The notes beneath the pieces were generated by a model that worked only from the letters and a program-made list of their open reading frames with translations, did not search any database and was not told where the DNA came from. From Elusimicrobiota bacterium (GTDB lineage: Bacteria > Elusimicrobiota > Elusimicrobia > Elusimicrobiales > UBA9959), in assembly GCA_003482905.1 (NCBI GenBank), contig DMXM01000036.1:117201-181200 (forward strand): DNA of 64,000 nt, written 5' to 3'. Made by a program: the position numbers and the translations under genes. Positions within the stretch are counted from its first letter, which is position 1, and each line of letters begins with the position of its first letter. Of the stretch, positions 1-8,750 are shown piece after piece.

Positions 1-223
1 CCGGGATATCCATACTGATGGCGGTTATGGCGAATTCCTTTATCAGGAGCTCTTCGGCTCCGGAATAATTGCCGCCGTCCCTGGGGGCGGAGCCGGCCGG
101 GGCGGCAATGGCGGGGATCTCAATGGCCGCAAATTTAGCGGTGGTTACTTCGGTGGCCCAGTTCTCCGCGCAGGCGGGTACCGCGAACAGCGCTGTAATT
201 AATATGGCGGCTGACAGTTTCAT
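1..223 (-). CDS. Hypothetical secreted/lipoprotein-like protein. N-terminal part only; the gene runs off the window start.
   Basis: Minus-strand ATG at 223-221 sits 9 nt downstream of GGAGGA. The translation starts MKLSAAILITALFAVPACAENW, a signal peptide with a Cys-containing lipobox-like end. It is absent from the ORF track because it has no stop in the window. Confidence 0.5.
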   Translation of the reverse strand, partial: MKLSAAILITALFAVPACAENWATEVTTAKFAAIEIPAIAAPAGSAPRDGGNYSGAEELLIKEFAITAISMDIP

Positions 224-318
224 CTGTGCTATCCTCCGAAAAAGTTATTTCCTAACCCGGATATAGTCTAACAAAGTCGCGTAGGCCAGCGCTTTGACAG
301 CGGTCAGGTTCTCATTGT

Positions 319-347
319 TTGACAATTATAAGTCCAAGGTGTATAAT
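319..347 (+). promoter_or_regulatory. Sigma70-type promoter of the hrcA-grpE-dnaK-dnaJ operon
   Basis: Exact TTGACA (319-324), 17-nt spacer, exact TATAAT (342-347), about 60 nt upstream of the hrcA ATG. Confidence 0.65.
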
Positions 348-351
348 ATTT

Positions 352-378
352 CTGGCAGACAAGGTATATGAGTGCTAA
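352..378 (+). promoter_or_regulatory. CIRCE-like HrcA operator with a degenerate left arm
   Basis: CTGGCAGAC-N9-GAGTGCTAA. The right arm matches the CIRCE consensus GAGTGCTAA exactly. The left arm matches TTAGCACTC at 5 of 9 positions. It overlaps the predicted transcription start just downstream of the -10 box, directly upstream of hrcA. Confidence 0.55.
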
Positions 379-405
379 TTAAAAAAGCGGAGACCGATCC
401 AGACC

Positions 406-1515
406 ATGCGTGTTCTTAAACCAGAAGTGGCGCAGGACAGGAAAGAAAAGATCCTTAGCTGGGTGGTCTACAACTATGTCAGCACCGGGCGTCCCGTCAG
501 CTCCGAGCTTATAGCCGAGGAAGGCCGGTTCAACGTTTCCAGCGCCACCATAAGGAATATATTGAAGGAGTTGGAGGAGAGCGGCTATCTCTACCAGGCG
601 CACACCTCCGGCGGGCGTATCCCTTCGGATAAAGGCTACCGCGTCTACGTGGACAATGTGCTGGGCATGCAGCGCCTGGCCGCCACTGAGAAAGACCGGC
701 TGGAGCGCGACTATGACCGCCGCGTGGAGCAGCTTGACGGTTTCCTGAAGCACACCTCTAAAATGCTGGCCGACATGTCCAAGTGGGCCGGCTTCGTGAT
801 GAGCGCGGATACGGACCTGGACAGCGTAAAGCGCCTGGACCTGCTGAGCGTGGGTCCCAAGAGCGTGTTATCCGTCATGTTCGCGCACTCCGGCCTTATA
901 AAGCACGCGGCCTTCACGCTGGAGCACAGCGCGGACAAGAACGCCGTAAAGTCCCTTTCTACCCGCCTCAATAAGCGCCTGAAGGACATGCCGATCTCCG
1001 ACCTGCCCCAGGTTATCTGGAAAGAATTCCTTCTGAAGGAAAAAGACAAAGGGCTTGAAGAGCTGCTGAAGAAATTAGTGGAATACTTCAGGGGGCTTTC
1101 CAAGAGCGAAGACGCGCTTTACCTGGAAGGGTTGAGCCGCATTTATTCCAACCTCGAGGACGGGAACGTGGAGGATCTGCGCAATATCGCCCGCCTGCTC
1201 GAGGAAAAAGACCGCTTTTCCGGCCTGCTGAGGGAGCGCCTGCGCGACTGTTCCCGCAAAACCAAGGCCCTGGCCGTTCCCGGCAAGCGGCATATCGTGG
1301 ACGTGACGATAGGGTCCGAGAACAGCGTGAAAGAATTCAGGAATTTCAGCCTGGTTTCCAGTTCCTACTGCATGAACGACAAGGCCGTGGGGCTTGTGGG
1401 AATTCTGGGCTACAAGCGTATGGAGTACCCCCGCATGATCTCCCTGGTGGACACTGTAAGTTCCATGATGGAGGATATGCTGGGCGAGTGGGAAAAAATA
1501 GACTTTGAAGAATAA
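406..1515 (+). CDS. hrcA: Heat-inducible transcription repressor HrcA
   Basis: 369 aa. N-terminal winged-helix region (RKEKILSWVVYNYVSTGRPVSSELI...SSATIRNILKELEESGYL), typical HrcA length, and first gene of an hrcA-grpE-dnaK-dnaJ arrangement. Confidence 0.9.
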   Translation: MRVLKPEVAQDRKEKILSWVVYNYVSTGRPVSSELIAEEGRFNVSSATIRNILKELEESGYLYQAHTSGGRIPSDKGYRVYVDNVLGMQRLAATEKDRLERDYDRRVEQLDGFLKHTSKMLADMSKWAGFVMSADTDLDSVKRLDLLSVGPKSVLSVMFAHSGLIKHAAFTLEHSADKNAVKSLSTRLNKRLKDMPISDLPQVIWKEFLLKEKDKGLEELLKKLVEYFRGLSKSEDALYLEGLSRIYSNLEDGNVEDLRNIARLLEEKDRFSGLLRERLRDCSRKTKALAVPGKRHIVDVTIGSENSVKEFRNFSLVSSSYCMNDKAVGLVGILGYKRMEYPRMISLVDTVSSMMEDMLGEWEKIDFEE

Positions 1516-1520
1516 GGCAT

Positions 1521-2135
1521 ATGAAAGACAATAAGGCCGAAGAAAAAAAGATAAAGGCTAAAGCCGAGGACCTCGGCTGCCTGTGCGGGGACGAAGCCAG
1601 GGCCGTCGAGGCCGCCGCCGCGGAGCTGGACAAGCAGAAGGCGCAGTCGGCGGACTATTATAACCAGCTGCTGCGCCTGCAGGCCGATTTTGAGAATTAC
1701 CGCAAGCGCGTGGAGAAGGAAAAACCCGAGCTCATCAAGTGGGGCAAGGCCGAGATCCTGCTGCGGCTGCTGCCGCTCTACGACATGCTGCTGTCCGCCC
1801 ACCTGCACGTCAACAACGCCCAGGGCGCCGGCGGCAACGAGGAGGTCCTCAAGGGCCTCGATATGATATTCAAGGAATTCTCCAAGGTGTTCGACGCCGA
1901 GGGGCTGCGCCAGATGGAGCCGGTCGGCAAGCCCTACGACCCGATGGCTTCCGAAATACTGGGCGTGGTGGACGGTACGGACGAGAACGACGGCTTTGTG
2001 GTGGAAGAGCTGCAGAGAGGTTTCTATTACGGGGAAAAGATCCTGCGTCCGGCCCGCGTGAAGATAGCCAGGAAAAAAACGGCCGAGCCGCCTCCCGTAG
2101 AGGGAAAACCGGCGGCCGAAGAGGGCGGGAAGTAA
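1521..2135 (+). CDS. grpE: Nucleotide exchange factor GrpE
   Basis: 204 aa. Contains the GrpE coiled-coil motif LLRLQADFENYRKRVEKE and the C-terminal beta domain (GFYYGEKILRPARV). Located between hrcA and dnaK. Confidence 0.9.
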   Translation: MKDNKAEEKKIKAKAEDLGCLCGDEARAVEAAAAELDKQKAQSADYYNQLLRLQADFENYRKRVEKEKPELIKWGKAEILLRLLPLYDMLLSAHLHVNNAQGAGGNEEVLKGLDMIFKEFSKVFDAEGLRQMEPVGKPYDPMASEILGVVDGTDENDGFVVEELQRGFYYGEKILRPARVKIARKKTAEPPPVEGKPAAEEGGK

Positions 2136-2192
2136 CGTTCTGATCTTGCGGCGCGAAGCGGAATTTATCTAATTATAGTGGAGGATATTAAA

Positions 2193-4058
2193 ATGGCAAA
2201 AATAATAGGCATAGACCTCGGAACTTCTAACACGGCGGCGGCGGTGATGGAGGGCGGTAAAGTCACCATCATCCCCTCGGCCGAAGGCACCAGCCTCGGC
2301 GGTAAGGCGTTCCCGTCCTACGTGGCTTTCGCCAAAGACGGCCAGATGCTGGTGGGCGAGCCCGCCCGCAGGCAGGCCGTGGCCAACCCGGAAGGCACCG
2401 TTTCCGCCTTCAAGCGGAAAATGGGTACCGACCACAAGTACCAGATCTCGGGCAAGGAATTCACGCCCCCGCAGCTGGCCGCTTTCCTGCTTCAGAAAGT
2501 GAAGCGCGACGCCGAGGCCTTCTTGGGCGAGAAAGTTGAGAAAGCCGTCATAACCGTGCCGGCCTACTTCAACGACAACCAGCGCCAGGCCACCAAGGAC
2601 GCGGGCACCATAGCCGGCCTTGAAGTGGTGCGCCTGGTCAACGAGCCCACCGCCGCGGCCCTCGCCTACGGCATAGACAAGGAAGGCCGCGACCAGAAGA
2701 TCATGGTGTTCGACCTGGGCGGCGGCACCCTGGACGTCACCATCATGGAGCTGGGCAAAGAAGGCACCTTCGACGTGATCTCCACCTCCGGCGACACGCA
2801 GCTTGGCGGCACCGACATGGACAAAGCCCTGGTGGATTTCATCGCCGGCGAGTTCCGCAAGGACACCGGCATAGACCTCACCAAGGACCCCACATCCACG
2901 CAGCGCATAAAGGAAGCCGCGGAAAAGGCCAAGATTGAGCTCTCCACCACGATGGAAACCGAGATTAACCTCCCGTTCATCTCCGCCGACGCCACCGGGC
3001 CCAAGCACATGGCGCTTAAACTCGGCCGCGCGCGCCTGGAATCCCTTGTGGAAGGCATAGTGAAGCGCTGCCAGAAGTCCATAGACACCGCTCTGGCCGA
3101 CGCCAAGCTTAAGACCTCGGACATCAGCCGCATCATCCTCGTCGGCGGCCCTACGCGCATGCCGATAGTGCAGAAGTTTATAGAGGACTTCGTCGGCAAG
3201 AAGATAGAGCACGGCGTTGACCCCATGGAATGCGTGGCTTCCGGCGCCGCCGTGCAGGCGGCCGTGCTGACCGGCGACGTAAAAGACGTGCTGTTGCTGG
3301 ATGTCACCCCGCTGTCTTTGGGCATCGAGACCCTGGGCTCCGTGATGACCAGGCTCATAGACAAGAACACCACCATACCGGCCAAGAAGTCGCAGGTGTT
3401 CTCCACCGCGGCGGATAACCAGCCCGCGGTCACCATCCACGTGCTCCAGGGTGAGCGCGCCATGGCCGGCGACAACGTGTCGCTAGGGAAGTTCGACCTT
3501 GACGGCATTCCCCCGGCTCCCCGCGGTACGCCCCAGATAGAAGTGGCCTTCGATATCGACGCCAACGGCATACTGCAGGTGCACGCCAAGGACCTCGGTA
3601 CCGGCAAGGCGCAGCATATCACCATCAGCGCGCCCAACAAGCTGTCCAAGGACGACATAGACAAATTCGTCAAGCAGGCGGAGCAGTTCGCCGACGCGGA
3701 CAAGAAATACAAGGAAAAGGTGGAGACCAAGAACGAGGCCGACACCGTACTGTATACCACGGAGAAGGCGCTGAAAGAGCACGGGGACAAGATCTCCCAG
3801 GACGAGCGCCTGGCCGTGGACCGCGCCATCAACGAGATGAAGGACGCCCTGAAAGGCGACGACATGGAGAAGATCAAAAAGACCAAGGAAGAGCTTATTA
3901 GCGTCTCCCAGAAACTCGGCGAGGCGGTTTATAAAGCCGCCCAGGCCAAGGCCAACCCCAACGCCGGAGCGGGCGCGGCCCCCGAAGGCGCCAAAGCGTC
4001 CGCGGGCGGCAAGGACGACGTAGTGGACGCCGAAGTCGTAGACGAGAAAAAGAAATAA
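2193..4058 (+). CDS. dnaK: Molecular chaperone DnaK (Hsp70)
   Basis: Hsp70 signatures [19 protein letters not shown] and [11 protein letters not shown] prefer the ATG at 2193 ([10 protein letters not shown]), preceded by GGAGGA, over the track's upstream GTG at 2178. Confidence 0.97.
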   Translation: MAKIIGIDLGTSNTAAAVMEGGKVTIIPSAEGTSLGGKAFPSYVAFAKDGQMLVGEPARRQAVANPEGTVSAFKRKMGTDHKYQISGKEFTPPQLAAFLLQKVKRDAEAFLGEKVEKAVITVPAYFNDNQRQATKDAGTIAGLEVVRLVNEPTAAALAYGIDKEGRDQKIMVFDLGGGTLDVTIMELGKEGTFDVISTSGDTQLGGTDMDKALVDFIAGEFRKDTGIDLTKDPTSTQRIKEAAEKAKIELSTTMETEINLPFISADATGPKHMALKLGRARLESLVEGIVKRCQKSIDTALADAKLKTSDISRIILVGGPTRMPIVQKFIEDFVGKKIEHGVDPMECVASGAAVQAAVLTGDVKDVLLLDVTPLSLGIETLGSVMTRLIDKNTTIPAKKSQVFSTAADNQPAVTIHVLQGERAMAGDNVSLGKFDLDGIPPAPRGTPQIEVAFDIDANGILQVHAKDLGTGKAQHITISAPNKLSKDDIDKFVKQAEQFADADKKYKEKVETKNEADTVLYTTEKALKEHGDKISQDERLAVDRAINEMKDALKGDDMEKIKKTKEELISVSQKLGEAVYKAAQAKANPNAGAGAAPEGAKASAGGKDDVVDAEVVDEKKK

Positions 4059-4147
4059 CGAAGTTCCAGCTGGCGTGGGGCGTTAGGGCGTTGAGGCTTA
4101 TAAAAAGCTAAAATTCTCTTACGCTCCGCGCTATTTAGTAAATATTT

Positions 4148-5278
4148 ATGGCCTCAAACGATTATTACCGCACCCTGGGCGTTGCCCGCAACGCCAGCCC
4201 CGACGAGATCAAGACGGCTTACAGAAAGCTGGCGATGAAACACCACCCGGACCGCAACCCTGGCAACAACGACTCCGAGTCCGCCTTCAAGGAAATAAAC
4301 GAGGCCTACGAAGTGCTCTCCGCCCCGGAAAAGCGCCAGATCTACGACCAGTACGGCGCCGAAGGCCTTAAGGCCGGCGCCGGCGGCGGCCGCGGAGGCT
4401 TCGGCGGCTTCCAGGGCGCGGACCTCGGGGATATGTTCGGGGACCTGTTCGAGAATCTGTTCACCCAGGGCCAGGGCGGCGGCCGCGGCCGGCCCAGGTC
4501 GCGGCGCGGCGCTGACCTAAAATACGAGGCCGAAATAACGCTGGAAGAGGCTTTCTCCGGCGTAAAGGTCCCGGTTAATTTCGAGCGCACCGAGGTCTGC
4601 CAGGAGTGCGCCGGCACCGGCGCGCGCGGCAAGACCGGCATAAAGAAGTGTCCCACCTGTCACGGCGCCGGCCGCGTGCAGTACTCACAGGGATTTTTCT
4701 CTTTCAGCCAGGCCTGTCCGGACTGCGGCGGCCAGGGCGAGGTTATATCCAGCCCGTGCAAGGTCTGCGGCGGCGCCGGCCGCCAGAAGAAGAGCGCCTC
4801 CATCAACGTTAAGATCCCCGCCGGTGTGGAAGAGGGCGCGGTGCTGCGTGTTTCCGGCGGCGGCGACGCGGGCATGAAGGGCGGGGACTCCGGGGACCTT
4901 TATATACAGGTGCGGCTTAAGCATCACGCGCATTTCGAGCGGCAGGGCCGCGACCTTATATACGAGGCCGCCGTGGCCGTCTGGCAGGCGGCCCTTGGCG
5001 GCGAAGTGGAAGTGCCTGTGATAGAGGGCGGCCGCGTTAAGATACGCATCCCCCAGGGCACCCAGCACGGCAAAGTGTTCCGCGTGCACGACCAGGGCAT
5101 GCCCGGTCCCGGCGGCAGGCCCCGCGGCGACCTGATGGTGAAGGTGAAGCTGGAAGTGCCGCACAACCTTAGTCCGCGCCAGCGCGAACTTTTCGAGGAG
5201 CTTTCGAATATCGCCGGCCACAAACCGCCGGAGCCGGAAGGGACGGATAAGAGTTTTTTTAAGAAGATATTAGGCTAG
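4148..5278 (+). CDS. dnaJ: Co-chaperone DnaJ (type I)
   Basis: J domain with HPD (KHHPDRNPG), a Gly-rich linker, and four CxxCxGxG zinc-finger repeats ([32 protein letters not shown]). Confidence 0.95.
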   Translation: MASNDYYRTLGVARNASPDEIKTAYRKLAMKHHPDRNPGNNDSESAFKEINEAYEVLSAPEKRQIYDQYGAEGLKAGAGGGRGGFGGFQGADLGDMFGDLFENLFTQGQGGGRGRPRSRRGADLKYEAEITLEEAFSGVKVPVNFERTEVCQECAGTGARGKTGIKKCPTCHGAGRVQYSQGFFSFSQACPDCGGQGEVISSPCKVCGGAGRQKKSASINVKIPAGVEEGAVLRVSGGGDAGMKGGDSGDLYIQVRLKHHAHFERQGRDLIYEAAVAVWQAALGGEVEVPVIEGGRVKIRIPQGTQHGKVFRVHDQGMPGPGGRPRGDLMVKVKLEVPHNLSPRQRELFEELSNIAGHKPPEPEGTDKSFFKKILG

Positions 5279-5287
5279 AGTCCCGAT

Positions 5288-5998
5288 ATGCCGCAATACT
5301 ATATCCCCGCAGAGAACATGCGCGGCGGCGAGTTCTTCGCCGGGCCCGACGAGTCCGCCCATATAGCGCGCGCGGCCCGCGCCCGCATAGGCGACGAGAT
5401 CGAGATCTTCGACGGGAAGGGCGGCCGCCACAGCGCGGTGATAAAGTCCGTGACTGGGGACGCCGTGACCGGGACGGTGAAAGCGGCGCTGCCGAGCCCT
5501 GAGTATAAGACTAAAATTACGCTTTGTTTCGCGGTGGTGGCCAGACCGGCGCTGGAGGAGATCCTTACGCACTGTACGGAGGCCGGGGTGGACGCGTTCC
5601 AGCCTGTTATGGCTTCAAGGGTGCAGTTCGACCTGTTCAGCGACTGGGAGCGCAGGACCGGCCGGCTGAACCAGGTGGTGCTGGCCGCGGCCAAGCAGTG
5701 CGGTAGAGGGCTGCTGCCGCTGGTGCGCAAGCCCGAGAAGCTCGACGATCTGCTGCTAACCGGCGGGCCGGCCGTGTTCGCCGCGGCGGACGGGCTTATG
5801 CCGGACGAGGCGGCTAAAGCCGTGGCCGGGAAGACGGACCTGAATGTTTTTGTCGGCCCTGAGGGCGGCTTTACCAAGGGGGAGATAGAATTCGCGCGCG
5901 GAAAGGGCGCGGTGTTCATGAACCTCGGTCTGTACACGCTCAGGGCGGAGTCGGCCTGTCTGGCCGCCGCTTCGGCCCTGCTTACCCGTCTGGGGTAA
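5288..5998 (+). CDS. rsmE: 16S rRNA (uracil1498-N3)-methyltransferase RsmE
   Basis: 236 aa. PUA-like N-terminus (RIGDEIEIFDGKGG) and SPOUT C-terminal motifs VGPEGGFTKGEIEF and LGLYTLRAESA. Confidence 0.85.
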   Translation: MPQYYIPAENMRGGEFFAGPDESAHIARAARARIGDEIEIFDGKGGRHSAVIKSVTGDAVTGTVKAALPSPEYKTKITLCFAVVARPALEEILTHCTEAGVDAFQPVMASRVQFDLFSDWERRTGRLNQVVLAAAKQCGRGLLPLVRKPEKLDDLLLTGGPAVFAAADGLMPDEAAKAVAGKTDLNVFVGPEGGFTKGEIEFARGKGAVFMNLGLYTLRAESACLAAASALLTRLG

Positions 5999-6063
5999 AG
6001 CTTGCTATCCGGCCGGAGCATTTGATAGAAGATAGGTGGGGATTTTAAAGGCAGACTGCAACT

Positions 6064-6372
6064 ATGATCGATCTTAAACCGATTTTCCTCAGGAAAGTTA
6101 AAAATATTCTGGCCGGTAACGTGCCCGAATATGATGTTATGGTCTACGGCTCGCGCGCCGACGGTACGGCCAAGAAATATTCTTATCTGGATATCGCGGT
6201 GATGTCGGATAAACCGCTGGTGGCGACCAGGTTGGAGAAGCTTTCTTCGGAATTTACCGCGGCGGGTTTCCCTTTCCGCGTTGAAACTATCTGCTGGGCC
6301 GCCACCGGCCCCGGCTTCCGCAAAGAGATAAAGAAGACCGGCGTTCTGATACAGAACTCGCCTAAAAAATAG
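6064..6372 (+). CDS. Minimal nucleotidyltransferase (MNT / Pol-beta superfamily) domain protein, copy 1
   Basis: 102 aa. YGSRADGTAKKYSYLDIAV resembles the hG[GS]-x(9-13)-D-h-D-h NTase core, but the first Asp position is Tyr. It is a tandem paralogue of 6380-6688. Confidence 0.7.
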   Translation: MIDLKPIFLRKVKNILAGNVPEYDVMVYGSRADGTAKKYSYLDIAVMSDKPLVATRLEKLSSEFTAAGFPFRVETICWAATGPGFRKEIKKTGVLIQNSPKK

Positions 6373-6379
6373 TCGACTT

Positions 6380-6688
6380 ATGATAGACCTGAAGCCGATC
6401 TTTCTGAAAAAAGTGAAGGCTATACTCGCGTCCAATGTGCCGGAGTTCGACGTGATGGTCTACGGCCACAGGGCCGAAGGCGCGGCCAAGAAATATTCCT
6501 ACCTGGACCTGGCCGTGATGTCGGATAAACCGCTCCCCGCCGCGCGCATGGAAAAGCTCGAGGCCGTCTTCAAGGCCGCGGCTTTCCCTTTCCGCGTTGA
6601 AGTAATCTGCTGGGCCGCCACCGGCCCCGGCTTCCGCAAAGAAATAAAAAAAACCGGCGTCCTCATCCAAACCTCCCCGAAGAAATAA
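6380..6688 (+). CDS. Minimal nucleotidyltransferase (MNT / Pol-beta superfamily) domain protein, copy 2
   Basis: 102 aa, colinear with copy 1 and with most residues identical. The core reads YGHRAEGAAKKYSYLDLAV (Gly-Ser becomes Gly-His). The C-terminal FPFRVE.ICWAATGPGFRKEIKKTGVLIQ is shared with copy 1. Confidence 0.7.
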   Translation: MIDLKPIFLKKVKAILASNVPEFDVMVYGHRAEGAAKKYSYLDLAVMSDKPLPAARMEKLEAVFKAAAFPFRVEVICWAATGPGFRKEIKKTGVLIQTSPKK

Positions 6689-6710
6689 TTAAGCCCGCGT
6701 CCGCTCAATG

Positions 6711-6854
6711 GGTTCGGGGCGCCAAGGGGGCCGGAACGCAAAACCGGCGTCGCGCACACCGTGCGCGCGCCTGCCCGCCTCAGCCCTCGCGCTTATGCAA
6801 GCTCGGGCTTCCGGCAGGCTTTTGCTAACCCGGCCCCCTCGTCGCCCCTCCGGC
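6711..6854 (+). repeat. GC-rich structured intergenic repeat, copy 1 (REP/BIME- or MITE-like)
   Basis: Aligns almost base for base with the reverse complement of 40119-40260 and more loosely with 20811-20944. Long imperfect terminal inverted repeat (GGGGCGCCAAGGGGGCCGG ... CCGGCCCCCTCGTCGCCCC) and an internal palindrome CGCGCACACCGTGCGCG. Confidence 0.7.
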
Positions 6855-6885
6855 ACAACCCGCCGGCCTCCTTAAATTGTAAAAT

Positions 6886-8133
6886 ATGGGGGTGAAGGTT
6901 TATTTTAAGACGGTGGGGTGCAGGGTGAACCAGGTGGAGACGGAGAGTCTCCGCGAGAAGTTCGCCGGGCTGGGGCATAGCGATGCGGAGACGCCGGAAG
7001 AGGCGGACCTCGTGGTGGTGAACACCTGCTCCGTTACCGCCAAGGCCGACCGGGACTGCGTGGCCTTTCTTAAGAAAACCGCCGCGGCCAATCCCAGGGC
7101 CGCCATAGCCGTAACCGGGTGCCTGGCTACACTGGAACCCGCGAAGATATTGGCCGCCGCCCCCGGCGCCACGCTGTTCACCAATAAAGAAAAAGAGAAC
7201 ATCCCCGCCGTTTTCTGCGGTAACGCCGCCACCGCCGATTTCTTCTCCGTCAGCAAATCCCACGGCAAATCACGCGCCTTCATAAAAGTACAGGACGGCT
7301 GCAACCTCAAGTGCGCCTACTGCCTGGTAAACCTCGCCAGGAACGAGCTCAGATCCAAGCCGCTGGAAGCCACGGTTTCCGAAGTGAAAAAACTCATAGA
7401 AGCCGGCTTCGCCGAAATAGTCCTGTGCGGCACGCGGCTGGGAATATACCGCTGCAAAGACACCGGCGCCAATCTGGCCGAACTTGTGAAGCGCCTCTTC
7501 GCTCTTGAAGGGAATTTCCGCCTGCGCTTCTCCTCCGTCGAGTCCGAAGAACTGACAATGGAACTCCTCGCCGTGTTAAAAGCCGGCGGCCCCAAGTTCT
7601 GCCATTATTTCCACCTGCCGCTCCAGGCCGGCGCCGATCCCGTGCTTAAGGCCATGGGCCGCCTCTACGATACCGCCCGGTATAAAGCCAAAGTGGAAGA
7701 ACTCCGCGCTATTTTCCCCGGCGTCGGCATATATGCCGACATCATAGCCGGCTACCCCACCGAAACCGAAGAGGATTTAGCTAAAGCCGCCCTCTTCGTC
7801 CGTGACTGCGGCCTCTCCGGTCTGCACGTCTTCAGCTTCTCCGCCCGCCCCGGCACAAAAGCCGCCACCCTCAAGCCGCTCTCCCCTAAAATAGTAGCCG
7901 AGCGCTCAGCCATTCTGCGCGCACTGGACGCCGAGTTGCGCGCCGCTTACGCCGCCTCCATGCTGGGCGGCGAAACAGTGGCCCTCGTCCTAAAAAACAA
8001 AGACGGCCGCGCCCTGGCCCTGGCCTCCAACTTCGTCAACCTGGAGCTGCCCGGGCCGCTCAAGGCCGGCACCCTCGTTAAATGCCGCGTAACCGCCGCC
8101 CGCGCCGGCGCTTGCCTGGCGGAGGTCGTATAA
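6886..8133 (+). CDS. mtaB: Radical-SAM tRNA methylthiotransferase, MtaB-like
   Basis: 415 aa. MTTase N-terminal domain (YFKTVGCRVNQVETES), radical SAM CNLKCAYC cluster motif, and a C-terminal TRAM-like region. The length fits MtaB rather than MiaB or RimO. Confidence 0.75.
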   Translation: MGVKVYFKTVGCRVNQVETESLREKFAGLGHSDAETPEEADLVVVNTCSVTAKADRDCVAFLKKTAAANPRAAIAVTGCLATLEPAKILAAAPGATLFTNKEKENIPAVFCGNAATADFFSVSKSHGKSRAFIKVQDGCNLKCAYCLVNLARNELRSKPLEATVSEVKKLIEAGFAEIVLCGTRLGIYRCKDTGANLAELVKRLFALEGNFRLRFSSVESEELTMELLAVLKAGGPKFCHYFHLPLQAGADPVLKAMGRLYDTARYKAKVEELRAIFPGVGIYADIIAGYPTETEEDLAKAALFVRDCGLSGLHVFSFSARPGTKAATLKPLSPKIVAERSAILRALDAELRAAYAASMLGGETVALVLKNKDGRALALASNFVNLELPGPLKAGTLVKCRVTAARAGACLAEVV

Positions 8134-8672
8134 AAACCTGCCCCTCCTGCGGCTACGGCAACCCTGACGCCAGCCCTAAATGCGGCATATGCGCCCGCGA
8201 CATTTCCACCGTGCCGGTCATAGTAGAGCGCCTTCCGGAAAAAGAATCCCTGGGGCTTATCCTGACCGGCCTGCTGCTGGTGGTTTGCGGCCTCGCTTTC
8301 TTTGTTTCCGGGCGTTTTGCCGATAAGCCGGCCCGGCCGGCCTCCTGGGAGACGGAATTCTCCGACGAAGCCTCCTTTGGATATGAGGGCGTGCTCTATT
8401 CCCTGGATAAAATGGGCCAAATGCGGTTCCTGCCGCGCGAGGCTAAGCGTAAAATAGTTCCGCTGATGTACAGCCCTGACGACAGGGTAGCCTGCGCCGC
8501 GGTAAGGCTGATAGGGGGCTGGCTCCGCTCCGGTGAGGAGCCGGAGGACGAACAATTCTGGCTCGGGATCCTTGCCAAGGCCGCCTCTTCCGGCAGCCCT
8601 GCCGTGCGCCGTCAGGCGGCGCTGGCCGCGGAACCTGGCGGAGCGGGCAAAAAGGGCAAAAAAGCGCGATAA
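8082..8672 (+). CDS. Hypothetical membrane protein: N-terminal zinc ribbon, one TM helix, HEAT-like repeats
   Basis: CPSCGYGNPDASPKCGIC (CxxC-x10-CxxC), TM helix LGLILTGLLLVVCGLAFFVSG, and HEAT-like segments (SPDDRVACAAVRLIG, SGSPAVRRQAALAA). The start is uncertain: the ATG at 8082 overlaps mtaB by 52 nt, and an in-frame TTG at 8112 is an alternative. Confidence 0.5.
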   Translation: MPRNRRPRRRLPGGGRIKTCPSCGYGNPDASPKCGICARDISTVPVIVERLPEKESLGLILTGLLLVVCGLAFFVSGRFADKPARPASWETEFSDEASFGYEGVLYSLDKMGQMRFLPREAKRKIVPLMYSPDDRVACAAVRLIGGWLRSGEEPEDEQFWLGILAKAASSGSPAVRRQAALAAEPGGAGKKGKKAR

Positions 8673-8688
8673 TATACCGCGAACAACT

Positions 8689-8697
8689 TGCTATAAT
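8689..8697 (+). promoter_or_regulatory. Putative extended -10 promoter (TGCTATAAT) for the 8751-14186 gene set
   Basis: TGnTATAAT at 8689-8697 in the AT-rich 78-nt gap upstream of 8751. I see no good -35. The same TGCTATAAT occurs in the strong promoter at 49427-49435. Confidence 0.35.
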
Positions 8698-8750
8698 TAA
8701 AAAGTAAGACGCGTATATATATTAATCAAAAACGGCACGGGGGCGGCCAT

